Shown here one piece after another: positions 47,078 to 55,652 of a stretch of 64,000 nt of DNA. A program made the translations under genes and the position numbers. The stretch covers positions 372,001 through 436,000 of the forward strand of contig NZ_BAABFP010000002.1 in the NCBI RefSeq assembly GCF_039541115.1, read 5' to 3'. The DNA is from Angustibacter luteus. Its GTDB lineage: Bacteria > Actinomycetota > Actinomycetes > Actinomycetales > Angustibacteraceae. Each line of letters begins with the position of its first letter. The first letter of the stretch is position 1. The notes under the pieces are model-generated. The model had not been told where the DNA came from and ran no database searches. It saw only the letters and a program-made list of their open reading frames with translations.

Positions 47078-47896
47078 ATGAGCACGTGGAACGCGATGTC
47101 GTACGAGGGCAAGGACACCATCCTGCGGGTGGTGCGCACGGAGGCCGAGCACTTCTTCGCCCTGGCGGAGGCACCCGGCGCCTGGGAGCGGACCACCCCG
47201 TGCGACGGCTGGACGTCGCGGGACCTGGTGGCGCACATCATCGACACCACCGAGGGCTACTTCAAGGCGTTCGACGCGGCCCGCGGCACCGGCGACGCGG
47301 TGCCCGCACCGCACGGGCTGCCCGCGATGGCGGGGAAGGTCAACGAGGCGGCGACCGCCTTCCGCGGCACCCCGCAGACCGAGATGATGGACCGGTTGCG
47401 CGCGGACTTCGAGAAGATGCAGGGCATCCTCGAGGCGGTCGGCGAGGACGACTGGACGGGTTTCCTGGTCACCCACCCCTACATGGGCCCGGTGCCGGCG
47501 TTCTTCTACGCGGCCGGTCAGCTGATGGACTACGGCGTGCACTCGTGGGACATCCGGCAGGGCAGCGGCGCGGCGCACGGCCTGCACGGCGACGCGGCGG
47601 ACCTGCTGGTGCCGTTCATGTTCGAGATCTGGCGCGGCACGGTGAAGTCGGACCAGGTCAGCGAGCCGTTCACCATCGGGATCCGGGTCACCGGGCGCAA
47701 CGCCGGCGACTACCGGGTGACCGTCGGGCCGGACGGGCTGAGCTACGAGACGGGCGAGCTGGAGAGCCTGCCCGCGTACCTCGAGTTCGATGCGGGCAGC
47801 CTGGTGCTGACCGCGTTCGGGCGCAGCAACTCCGGGACGGTGCGCGGCGACCTGGCGCTGGCCGAGCAGTACCTCAACCTGTTCTTCCGGATCTAG
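47078..47896 (+). CDS. Mycothiol-dependent maleylpyruvate isomerase-like (MDMPI/DinB) protein
   Basis: WERTTPCDGWTSRDLVAH, DYGVHSWDIR, C-terminal SCP2-like region. Confidence 0.85.
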   Translation: MSTWNAMSYEGKDTILRVVRTEAEHFFALAEAPGAWERTTPCDGWTSRDLVAHIIDTTEGYFKAFDAARGTGDAVPAPHGLPAMAGKVNEAATAFRGTPQTEMMDRLRADFEKMQGILEAVGEDDWTGFLVTHPYMGPVPAFFYAAGQLMDYGVHSWDIRQGSGAAHGLHGDAADLLVPFMFEIWRGTVKSDQVSEPFTIGIRVTGRNAGDYRVTVGPDGLSYETGELESLPAYLEFDAGSLVLTAFGRSNSGTVRGDLALAEQYLNLFFRI

Positions 47897-47918
47897 CGGG
47901 TAGGGGCTCGGGTGCGGG

Positions 47919-49298
47919 TCAGTGACCCGGACCGGTGATGATCTGCTGGCGCTCCGACTCGTGCGCGCCGCCCTTCGCCTCCAGCGTCTTGCAGGCCTCC
48001 TCGATGTCGCGGGCAAGCGTGTCCACGTGCTCGCGACTCATCGTCTCCTTCACCAGCGCCCGCATGATCGTCACGTCCTGCGCGTCGGGCGGCAGGGTGT
48101 AGGCCGGCACCATCCAGCCGCGCTCCGCCGATAGCTGCCAGGCGATGTCGAACTCGTCGTAGCTGTGCTTCTCGGCCAGCTGGAACGCGACCAGCGGCAG
48201 CTGCTCGTCGCCGTCCCCGATGAGCTCGAACTGGCCCATGGCCTGCAGCTTCTCGGCCAGCAGCTGGGCGTTCGCCTGCATGTTCTGCATGATGTACGTG
48301 TAGCCGGCGCGGCCGTACCGCACGAGGTTGTAGTACTGCGCGAGGACCATCGCCGAGCCCGTTGAGAAGTTCAGCGTGAACGTCGCGTCGGTCTTGCCGA
48401 GGTAGTTCTCCTCGAACACCAGGTCGTGGTTGAGGTCGGCCGTCTCGCGGAAGACCAGCCAGCCGATGCCCGGGTACACCAGGCCGAACTTGTGCCCGGA
48501 GACGTTGATCGAGCGCACCTGCTCGAGCCGGAAGTCCCACGCGGTGTCCGGGTACAGGAACGGCCAGACGAACCCGCCGCTCGCGCCGTCCACGTGCAGC
48601 GGGACGTCGATCCCGCGCTCGCTCTTGATCCGCAGCAGCAGGTCGTTGATCCCGCCGATGTCGTCCTTGTGCCCGGTGAAGGTCGTGCCCAGCACCGCGG
48701 CCACGCCGATGGTGTTCTCGTCGACGTGCGGCTCGACGTCCTCCGGCCCGATGGTGTACTTGCCCGGCTGCAGCGGCACGATCCGCGGCTCGACGTCGAA
48801 GTACCGGCAGAACTTCTCCCACACCACGTGCACGTCCCCGCCGAAGACCAGGTTCGGACTCTCCGTGGATCCGCCCTCGGCCTTGCGGCGCTTGCGCCAG
48901 TTCCACTTCAGGGACAGGCCGCCGAGCATGATCGCCTCGGACGACCCCTGGGTGCGCGCGCCGGTCGTCTCCCCCGGGGCGTGGAACAGGTCGGCGAGCA
49001 TCCGGATGCAGCGCTGCTCGATCTCGGCCGTGCGCGGGTACTCCGCGTGGTCGATGAAGTTGCGGTGCAGGTTCTCCGCGATGATCCGCTGCGCCTCCGG
49101 CTCCATCCACGTGGTGACGAAGGTGGCGAGGTTGCGGGCGGGGTCCCCCTCCAGGGCGATGTCCTCACCGACGAGGCGCATCGCCTCGACGGCGGACATC
49201 CCGGACTCCGGGAAGGTCTTGGTCGGCACCTCGGCGGTGAGGAACCGGTTGCCGAACAGGGCCCGGTCGGCGTCCGTGAACTGGCGCGAGCTGGTCAT
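47919..49298 (-). CDS. gadB: Glutamate decarboxylase (PLP-dependent)
   Basis: NLATFVTTWMEP, EYPRTAEIE, GSSEAIMLGG, WEKFCRYFDVE, HVDGASGGF, SGHKFGLVYPG. Confidence 0.95.
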   Translation of the reverse strand: MTSSRQFTDADRALFGNRFLTAEVPTKTFPESGMSAVEAMRLVGEDIALEGDPARNLATFVTTWMEPEAQRIIAENLHRNFIDHAEYPRTAEIEQRCIRMLADLFHAPGETTGARTQGSSEAIMLGGLSLKWNWRKRRKAEGGSTESPNLVFGGDVHVVWEKFCRYFDVEPRIVPLQPGKYTIGPEDVEPHVDENTIGVAAVLGTTFTGHKDDIGGINDLLLRIKSERGIDVPLHVDGASGGFVWPFLYPDTAWDFRLEQVRSINVSGHKFGLVYPGIGWLVFRETADLNHDLVFEENYLGKTDATFTLNFSTGSAMVLAQYYNLVRYGRAGYTYIMQNMQANAQLLAEKLQAMGQFELIGDGDEQLPLVAFQLAEKHSYDEFDIAWQLSAERGWMVPAYTLPPDAQDVTIMRALVKETMSREHVDTLARDIEEACKTLEAKGGAHESERQQIITGPGH

Positions 49299-49350
49299 CG
49301 CGACTCCTTAGGTTGCCCCCGACGCTAGGGCCGCCGCCGCGGCGTCCGCC

Positions 49351-50019
49351 TCACCCGGTGAGGGTGGTCTGTCGCCAGGCGGGGAGCATGAGCGCGGCAC
49401 CGACGAGGAAGCAGACCGCACCCAGCAGGGTGCCGATGATCGAGACCTGGACGTCGATCAGGTCGCCCGTGCCGGGCACGACGTAGCTGGCGATCGCCGA
49501 GAACATGAACAGGACCGAGCCGAGCATGTTCACCCAGGCGATCCACCAGACGACGAGGCCGCGTCGCACCGCCAGACCGATGCCGAGGCTCGCGATCGCG
49601 AAGCCGCTGGCCACCAGGAACAGCGTCGACCCGAAGAAGTCCGGTCGCCAGACGTGCTGGTCCTCCTGCTCGACGGTCGCGTTGTGCACCAGGGCCAGCA
49701 ACGTGCTCACGTTGAAGAACAGCGTGCCGGGGAACTGCGTCGCCGCAGCCAGCCAGCCGCGGTCGTGCGGCAGCCAGCCCCAGAACCGGACCGGTCCGCG
49801 GCTCCCTCGCTGGGCGACGTCCGTCATGGCGGGGCTCTGCGCCTGCACGAGCTGGGCGTAGGAGGCGGACGTGAAGAACAGCGAGCCCACGAAGTAGGTG
49901 ATCGCGTCCGGCGTCCCACCCACCGCGTTGGCGTACGCCGGCACCGAGCCGAGCACGAAGCACGCCGAGCCGACCATGAACAGCCACGCGATGGTCGCGT
50001 TCAGCCGGGCCGGCCTCAT
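49351..50019 (-). CDS. YrhK-like membrane protein
   Basis: Repeated F.VGS..F motifs (LFMVGSACF, YFVGSLFF, FFGSTLF, NMLGSVLF, TLLGAVCF); ATGA overlap. Confidence 0.75.
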   Translation of the reverse strand: MRPARLNATIAWLFMVGSACFVLGSVPAYANAVGGTPDAITYFVGSLFFTSASYAQLVQAQSPAMTDVAQRGSRGPVRFWGWLPHDRGWLAAATQFPGTLFFNVSTLLALVHNATVEQEDQHVWRPDFFGSTLFLVASGFAIASLGIGLAVRRGLVVWWIAWVNMLGSVLFMFSAIASYVVPGTGDLIDVQVSIIGTLLGAVCFLVGAALMLPAWRQTTLTG

Positions 50020-50948
50020 GCGGCCGGCGCGGGCGGAGCAGGCGGAGCAGGCGGAGCGGGCAGGACGACGGTCGTCTCGACGACGTGGTGCCCGGTGCCG
50101 GAGGGCACCTCGACCCGGATGCTGTGGCTGCCCGCCCCGGCATCCGGCGGCGCGACGAACACGACCTCGGTGGCCGAGGAGCGGACCAGCTCGACGGCGT
50201 GGTCGTCGAAGCGCACCTGCGCCTGGGCCGCCCCCAGGCTGAGCCCGCGCACCGTGACCTGTCGGGTGGCGGGGTCGAACGCCGCGGAGGTGATGGCCGG
50301 GGTGGCTCCGGCGACCGCCTTGTTGGCGGTGTAGGTCAGGGCCGAGACGCTGGTGAGGCCGGCGAAGGCCGTCGGCAGGTCCGGCAGGCCGTCGTGCGGG
50401 TGCAGGCTGAACCGCAGCAGCACGTAGGCCAGCGCGATGGCGTTGAACATCAGGAACTGGAAGTCCACCAGGTCCGTCTGCCCGGCGTCGTTGCTGGCCA
50501 GGTCCTTGATGGAGATGCTCGGGTTGGTGGCCTTCGGCTTGGCCAGCGACCCGTTGTTGATGCGGGTGACCGTGATCCCCTTGGCGAGCACCAGGGCCGC
50601 GAACGGGCCGCCGAGCAGCAGCAGGTAGCTGTCCGCCAGCTGGTCCATCATGTCGCCGAACGGCCGGTTCTCGACGATGACCACGGCGCACATGGTGGAC
50701 AGGGCGTAGACGATCGCGATCGTCCAGGAGAAGGCCGTCACCTTGCTGGTGGACAGCCGCCCGTCCGTACCCATCACCATCGCCCGGATCGGCGCGTCCT
50801 TGGCCCGTCGGGCGACCCCGTCGTGCGGCGGTCCGGCGCGGCCGAGCTTCCAGGGGTCGTCGCCGGCCAGCATGCCGAACACCAGCAGGATCAGGACGGT
50901 GAAGGCTGCGCCGATCAGGTCTGCGGGCAGCGTGGCGAGGTGGTGCAC
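50016..50948 (-). CDS. Membrane protein with C-terminal IPT/TIG-like domain
   Basis: DGRLSTSK, DFQFLMFN, GLPDLP, S.LTYTANK, then PAITS...VTVRG...VRFD; Pro/Ala tail; start GTG 50948 or 50957. Confidence 0.65.
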   Translation of the reverse strand: MHHLATLPADLIGAAFTVLILLVFGMLAGDDPWKLGRAGPPHDGVARRAKDAPIRAMVMGTDGRLSTSKVTAFSWTIAIVYALSTMCAVVIVENRPFGDMMDQLADSYLLLLGGPFAALVLAKGITVTRINNGSLAKPKATNPSISIKDLASNDAGQTDLVDFQFLMFNAIALAYVLLRFSLHPHDGLPDLPTAFAGLTSVSALTYTANKAVAGATPAITSAAFDPATRQVTVRGLSLGAAQAQVRFDDHAVELVRSSATEVVFVAPPDAGAGSHSIRVEVPSGTGHHVVETTVVLPAPPAPPAPPAPAA

Positions 50949-51033
50949 GCCCGTCACCTCCCACGCTCGGTCAGGTTCTCGGCCTACTCTCTCGCTGTTC
51001 CCATCGCGCCGTCGACGATTCCAGGAGATCCGT

Positions 51034-52278
51034 TTGAGCCCCGACCCGACCGCCACGAGCCGCTGGGGCATCATCGCCGCGTTCTCGTTGGTCGGCGCCG
51101 CCACCCAGATGGTGTGGCTGACCTTCGCGCCGGTGACCACGGTGGCCGCCGAGCGGTACGGCGTGTCGGAGACCGCGATCGGCTGGCTGGCCAACGTGTT
51201 CGTGCTGGCGTTCGTGCTGCTGGCCATCCCCGCCGGGCTGCTGCTGGACCGCAACCTGCGCGGCGCCCTGGTGCTCGGCGGCGCGCTGACCGCCGTCGGG
51301 GCGTGCATCCGGGTCGGCGGCGACTCGTTCGGCTGGATGCTGGCCGGGGGGTGCGTGGCGGCCCTGGGGCAGCCCATCATGCTGACCGGCATCACCGGCC
51401 TGACCCGCGGCTACCTGCGCCCGGAGCACCGCCCGGTCGGTATCGCCGTCGCCACCGCGAGCACCTGGGCCGGGTTCGTCGCGGCCTTCGCGCTCAGCGC
51501 CGTGTTCTCGACGACGGACACCCTGCCGACGCTGGTCGCCGTGCACGCCGGGTACGCGGTAGTCGCGGCCGTGCTGCTGGCGGTGGCGATCCGCGGTCCC
51601 GTCCCGTTCGGCGAGACCCGCCGGCCGGCCGGGGTGCGCGCCAGCTGGACGGCCGTGCGCGGAGCGTGGAACGACCCGCTGATCCGCAAGCTGTGCCTGT
51701 TCGGCTTCCTACCCTTCGGCACCTTCATCACGCTCAGCACCTGGACCCAGGCGCTGCTGGAGCCCGCCGGGGTCACCGTGGACCAGGTCGGGGTCATGCT
51801 GATCTCCTGCGTGCTCGCCGGGGTCATCGGGACCGCCGTGCTGCCCGTGTGGGCAGCGGGCCACCGGACCGAGGTGCTGACCGGCATGGTCGGCATCGCG
51901 ACCACCGCCGCCGTCTGCGTGCTGCTCGCGGTCGCACCCGGGTTCGGCACCGGCCTGGTCAGCCTCTCGATCGCCGGCCTCATGCTGCTGCCGATGCTGG
52001 CGATCGTCCTCGAGCTCGTCGAGCGGCACTCCGGTGACGCCGAGGGCGTGTCGTCCGGGCTGGTCTGGACGATGGGCAACCTCGGCGGGCTCGTGGTCAG
52101 CGCGATCATCGGGGCCACGCTGGACAGCCCGACGGCGTCGTTCCTGATCCTCGCCGTCATCACCCTGCTCGCCCTGCCCATCCTGGCCGCCCTGCGCGCG
52201 CCCGTCGCGGCGATGGCGTCGCCGTCCGAGCTGGCCGACGCAGCCGACCCGACCTCACCGGGGCCCGCCGTCGGCTGA
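51034..52278 (+). CDS. MFS transporter (FLVCR/CynX-like)
   Basis: WLTFAPVT, IPAGLLLDR, ALGQP, 12 TM; TTG start after AGGAG. Confidence 0.85.
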   Translation: MSPDPTATSRWGIIAAFSLVGAATQMVWLTFAPVTTVAAERYGVSETAIGWLANVFVLAFVLLAIPAGLLLDRNLRGALVLGGALTAVGACIRVGGDSFGWMLAGGCVAALGQPIMLTGITGLTRGYLRPEHRPVGIAVATASTWAGFVAAFALSAVFSTTDTLPTLVAVHAGYAVVAAVLLAVAIRGPVPFGETRRPAGVRASWTAVRGAWNDPLIRKLCLFGFLPFGTFITLSTWTQALLEPAGVTVDQVGVMLISCVLAGVIGTAVLPVWAAGHRTEVLTGMVGIATTAAVCVLLAVAPGFGTGLVSLSIAGLMLLPMLAIVLELVERHSGDAEGVSSGLVWTMGNLGGLVVSAIIGATLDSPTASFLILAVITLLALPILAALRAPVAAMASPSELADAADPTSPGPAVG

Positions 52279-52281
52279 GCT

Positions 52282-52367
52282 GTTGATCACGTTCAGTGGG
52301 TGAACACCCGCTTCTCCAGGGTCGTTCACCTCGAGAAGCGGGCGTAGACCCACTGAACGTGATCAAC
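52282..52367. repeat. Long inverted repeat (35-bp arms, GTTGATCAC...GTGATCAAC), REP/MITE-like or terminator
   Basis: GTTGATCACGTTCAGTGGGTGAACACCCGCTTCTC / GAGAAGCGGGCGTAGACCCACTGAACGTGATCAAC; outer 20 bp perfectly paired. Confidence 0.85.
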
Positions 52368-52447
52368 GACGGGGGACGCGGGCGGCGTCGACACGGGGTG
52401 CGGCCGGTGCCAGTCTGGACGGCGCACCCGATGTCGGGAGGGTCATC

Positions 52448-53746
52448 GTGCGGCAGACCGGGACTGGGGACTACCTCAAGGGCGCGCTGTGGGTGTACCC
52501 GACGGCGGCGGTGCTGCTGGCCCTGGTGACCGGCTCGGTGCTCAGCTCGATCACCATCCCGGACGGCTCACCGCTGGAACCCCTGGTGTTCAAGGGGACG
52601 GCAGCCGACGCGCGGGTGATGCTGATCGGCATCTCCGGCACGATGATGACGGTCATCGCCCTGGTGCTCGGCCTGACGCTGGTGGCCCTGCAGCTGTCGT
52701 CCACCCAGTTCTCGCCGCGGATCCTGCGCACCTTCCTGCGCGACCGGGTCAACCAGGTCGTGCTCAGCGTCTTCGTGGCGACCTTCGTCTACAGCACCGC
52801 TGGCCTCTACACCGTCGGCGTCGGCCGCGGCGCCACGACCGACGACTACCCGCGGCTGGCGGTCACCCTGGCCATCGCCCTGCTGGTGGCCAGCATGGTC
52901 GTGCTCGTCTACTTCGTGCACCACATCTCGCACGCCATCCAGATCGACCAGGTGATGGTCGGGGTGGAGACCAAGACGATGCGGGTCATCGAGCACGACC
53001 TGCCGACCGAGGGCGTCCGCGACCACGACCTGCCCGAGCCGCCGCCGTGGGCGGTGCCGGTGCCTGCGTACCGGTCGGGGTACGTCCAGACCTTGCAGCC
53101 GGCGCCGCTGCTGCGCGCCGCCCGCCTGCACGACCTCACCGCGTCGGTGGTGCCGATGGTCGGCGAGCACGTCCTCGCGGGCGAGCCGATGGTCTGGCTG
53201 TGGCGGGTCACCGCCGGCGACGCCGCGCCGGACGTCGCCGCGGTGCAGGACGCGGTGCACGAGTGCGTCCGGATCGGCTTCGAGCGCACGACCGAGCAGG
53301 ACGTCGCCTTCGGCATGCGCCAGCTCGCGGACATCTCGGTCAAGGCGCTCTCGCCGGCGATCAACGACCCGTACACCGCGATCCAGTCGCTCGAGCACAT
53401 CTCGGTGGTGCTCGCCACGCTGGCCGCGCGACCGTTGGGCAGCCAGGTGCTGGGCGACGACGGCCGGGACCGGGTCGTCCTGCACGGGCGGGACCTGGAG
53501 TACTACGTGGAGCTCGCCACCGGCCAGATCCGCCGCTACGGGCGGGACGAGCCGCGCGTCCTGCAGGCGTTGCTGCGCACCCTGCACCGGGCGGGGTACT
53601 TCTGCCGGGACGACGCCGGCCGCGACGTGGTGGCCCGGCACGTGCGGCTGGTGATCGAGGCGGCCCGGGACGGCGTCGTCCAGGCCACCGACCTGGCGCC
53701 CGTCGTCGCGCACGGCGAGGCCGTGCTGCGCGAGGTCACCCGCTGA
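52448..53746 (+). CDS. DUF2254 family membrane protein
   Basis: VALQLSSTQFSPRIL, FVHHISHAIQ, SGYVQ, RTTEQDVAFG, KALSPAINDPYTA. Confidence 0.9.
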   Translation: MRQTGTGDYLKGALWVYPTAAVLLALVTGSVLSSITIPDGSPLEPLVFKGTAADARVMLIGISGTMMTVIALVLGLTLVALQLSSTQFSPRILRTFLRDRVNQVVLSVFVATFVYSTAGLYTVGVGRGATTDDYPRLAVTLAIALLVASMVVLVYFVHHISHAIQIDQVMVGVETKTMRVIEHDLPTEGVRDHDLPEPPPWAVPVPAYRSGYVQTLQPAPLLRAARLHDLTASVVPMVGEHVLAGEPMVWLWRVTAGDAAPDVAAVQDAVHECVRIGFERTTEQDVAFGMRQLADISVKALSPAINDPYTAIQSLEHISVVLATLAARPLGSQVLGDDGRDRVVLHGRDLEYYVELATGQIRRYGRDEPRVLQALLRTLHRAGYFCRDDAGRDVVARHVRLVIEAARDGVVQATDLAPVVAHGEAVLREVTR

Positions 53747-55652
53747 GCGGCTGGCGCAGCCCGCTCGCCCGCCGGACCGGCCGGTCGACCGCGGCCCGGA
53801 CGGCGGCCTCCGTGCCGACCACCCGAACCCGTTCTCTCGCACGCGTCACCGCGGTGTAGAACAGCTCGCGGGTCAGCAGCGGCGAGCTCACCGGCGGCAG
53901 CACCAGCGAGACGTGCTGGAACTGGCTGCCCTGACCGCGGTGCACCGTCATCGCGTAGACGGTCTCGACGCTGGGCAGCCGGTGCGGCCGGACGAGCAGC
54001 GGCTGGCTGGGGTCGCCGAACGCCGCGAGCACTCCCCCCTCGCCGTCCGCGACGACCACCCCGGTGTCGCCGTTGTAGAGGCCGCTGTCCCGGTCGTTGG
54101 CCGTGACGAGCAGCGGGCGGCCCGGGTACCAGACGCTGCCGGCCCAGGAGGCGTCCGGCCCAGGAGCCGCCCCCACCGCCTCGGCGACCCACTCCTCGAC
54201 CTGGGCCGCCCAGAACGCGACACCGGCCCGACCCCGACGGTGCGCCAGCAGCAACCGGTGCTCGTCGAGCGCGTGCAACGCGCCCGCGACGTCACCGGCG
54301 CGGGCCGCCGCGACCAGTTCCACCCCAGCGGACTCCGCGTCCTGGCGGACCGCCGCGACCTCGGTCTGGTTCGGCCCCTCGCCCGCGGTCTCGACGAACG
54401 ACACGGCCGCCGACCCGGACCGCAGCACCTCCAGGACCTGGTCGCCGTCGCCGGCCCGGACCGCAGCGGCGAGCCGACCGATGTCCGCGCCGTGCCGGTG
54501 CACCGTCTCCAGCCGGACGACGCCGCTGCGCAGCCGGGTCAGCGCGCCGGGGTCGGTCGGCAGGTCGGCCGGGACGACGGCCGCCAGGGTCGCCGGCAGC
54601 CCGTCCGCGACCGGGGGCCGGGCCACCAGGTCGCCGAGCACGGCCCCGGCCTCGACCGACGCGAGCTGGTCCGGGTCGCCGACCAGGACCAGCCGGGCCT
54701 GCGGCCGCAGCGCCTCCAGCAGCCGGGCCATCAGCGGCAGCGACACCATCGAGGTCTCGTCGACGATGACTACGTCGTGCGGCAGGTGGTGGTCGCGGTC
54801 GTGCTGGAAGCGGGTCGAGCTGCCGGGCCGCCAGCCGAGCAGCCGGTGGATCGTGGTGGCCTCGGGCTCGCCGACCCGGCGCCGGTCCTGCTCGTCCTCG
54901 AACCCCGCGACCTGGGCGCGTACGGCCTCCTGCAACCGGGCGGCGGCCTTGCCGGTCGGGGCGGCCAGCGCGATCCGCAGGTCCGGGCCGGCCACCGACT
55001 GCAGCACGGCCAGCAGCCGCGCCACCGTGGTCGTCTTGCCGGTGCCCGGGCCACCGGTCAGCACGGTGAGCCGGCTCGTCGCTGCCGCGGCCGCCCCCAG
55101 CCGCTGCCGGGCGTCGCCAGGCGAGGGGAAGAACCGGTGCGTCTCGTCGGCCAGCAGCCGGGAGCCGACGGTCAGCGGTCCGCTGCGCAGCCGCTCGTCC
55201 ACCAGGGTGCGGACCGTCTGCTCGTGCCGCCAGTAGCGATCCAGGTAGAGCCGGCCGTCGACCCAGCGCACCGGTCGGTCCGCCGGCCCGTCCACCCCGC
55301 TCGCGACGAGCGGGCTGGCCGCGAGCGCCGTCCGCCACTGCGCGGGGTCGGGCCAGGGCAGGTCGTCGGTGAGCGTCGGCACGGTCGCGGTGTCGTCCTC
55401 GGCGGCCTCGTCGTCCTCGGCCTGCACGAGGGTCCGGACGTCGTCCAGGCTCACGCAGACCGATCCGGCGCGGACCTCCCGGACGGCGAGCGCCACGGCC
55501 AGCAGCACCTGCTCGTCGCTCTCGTGCGCCAGCACCCCGAGCCGACGGGCGACCTGCACGTCGGCGGCGGAGATCATCGAGGCAGCGTTGAAGGCGGCCA
55601 GCAAGGGGTCGGCCCGCAGCGCGGTGCGCGGTCCGAACGGGTCGCGGCTCAC
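53736..55652 (-). CDS. recD: Exodeoxyribonuclease V alpha subunit
   Basis: GSVC, LYLDRYW, GGPGTGKTT, APTGKAAARL, TIHRLLG, VDETSMV, GDPDQLASVEAG, YTAVTRA. Confidence 0.95.
   Translation of the reverse strand: MSRDPFGPRTALRADPLLAAFNAASMISAADVQVARRLGVLAHESDEQVLLAVALAVREVRAGSVCVSLDDVRTLVQAEDDEAAEDDTATVPTLTDDLPWPDPAQWRTALAASPLVASGVDGPADRPVRWVDGRLYLDRYWRHEQTVRTLVDERLRSGPLTVGSRLLADETHRFFPSPGDARQRLGAAAAATSRLTVLTGGPGTGKTTTVARLLAVLQSVAGPDLRIALAAPTGKAAARLQEAVRAQVAGFEDEQDRRRVGEPEATTIHRLLGWRPGSSTRFQHDRDHHLPHDVVIVDETSMVSLPLMARLLEALRPQARLVLVGDPDQLASVEAGAVLGDLVARPPVADGLPATLAAVVPADLPTDPGALTRLRSGVVRLETVHRHGADIGRLAAAVRAGDGDQVLEVLRSGSAAVSFVETAGEGPNQTEVAAVRQDAESAGVELVAAARAGDVAGALHALDEHRLLLAHRRGRAGVAFWAAQVEEWVAEAVGAAPGPDASWAGSVWYPGRPLLVTANDRDSGLYNGDTGVVVADGEGGVLAAFGDPSQPLLVRPHRLPSVETVYAMTVHRGQGSQFQHVSLVLPPVSSPLLTRELFYTAVTRARERVRVVGTEAAVRAAVDRPVRRASGLRQPLSG

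Noticed and set aside
50032..50058. 9-bp tandem repeat GGCGGAGCA x3
   Set aside because: Encodes a Pro-Ala-Pro low-complexity tail, in frame; no sign of phase variation.
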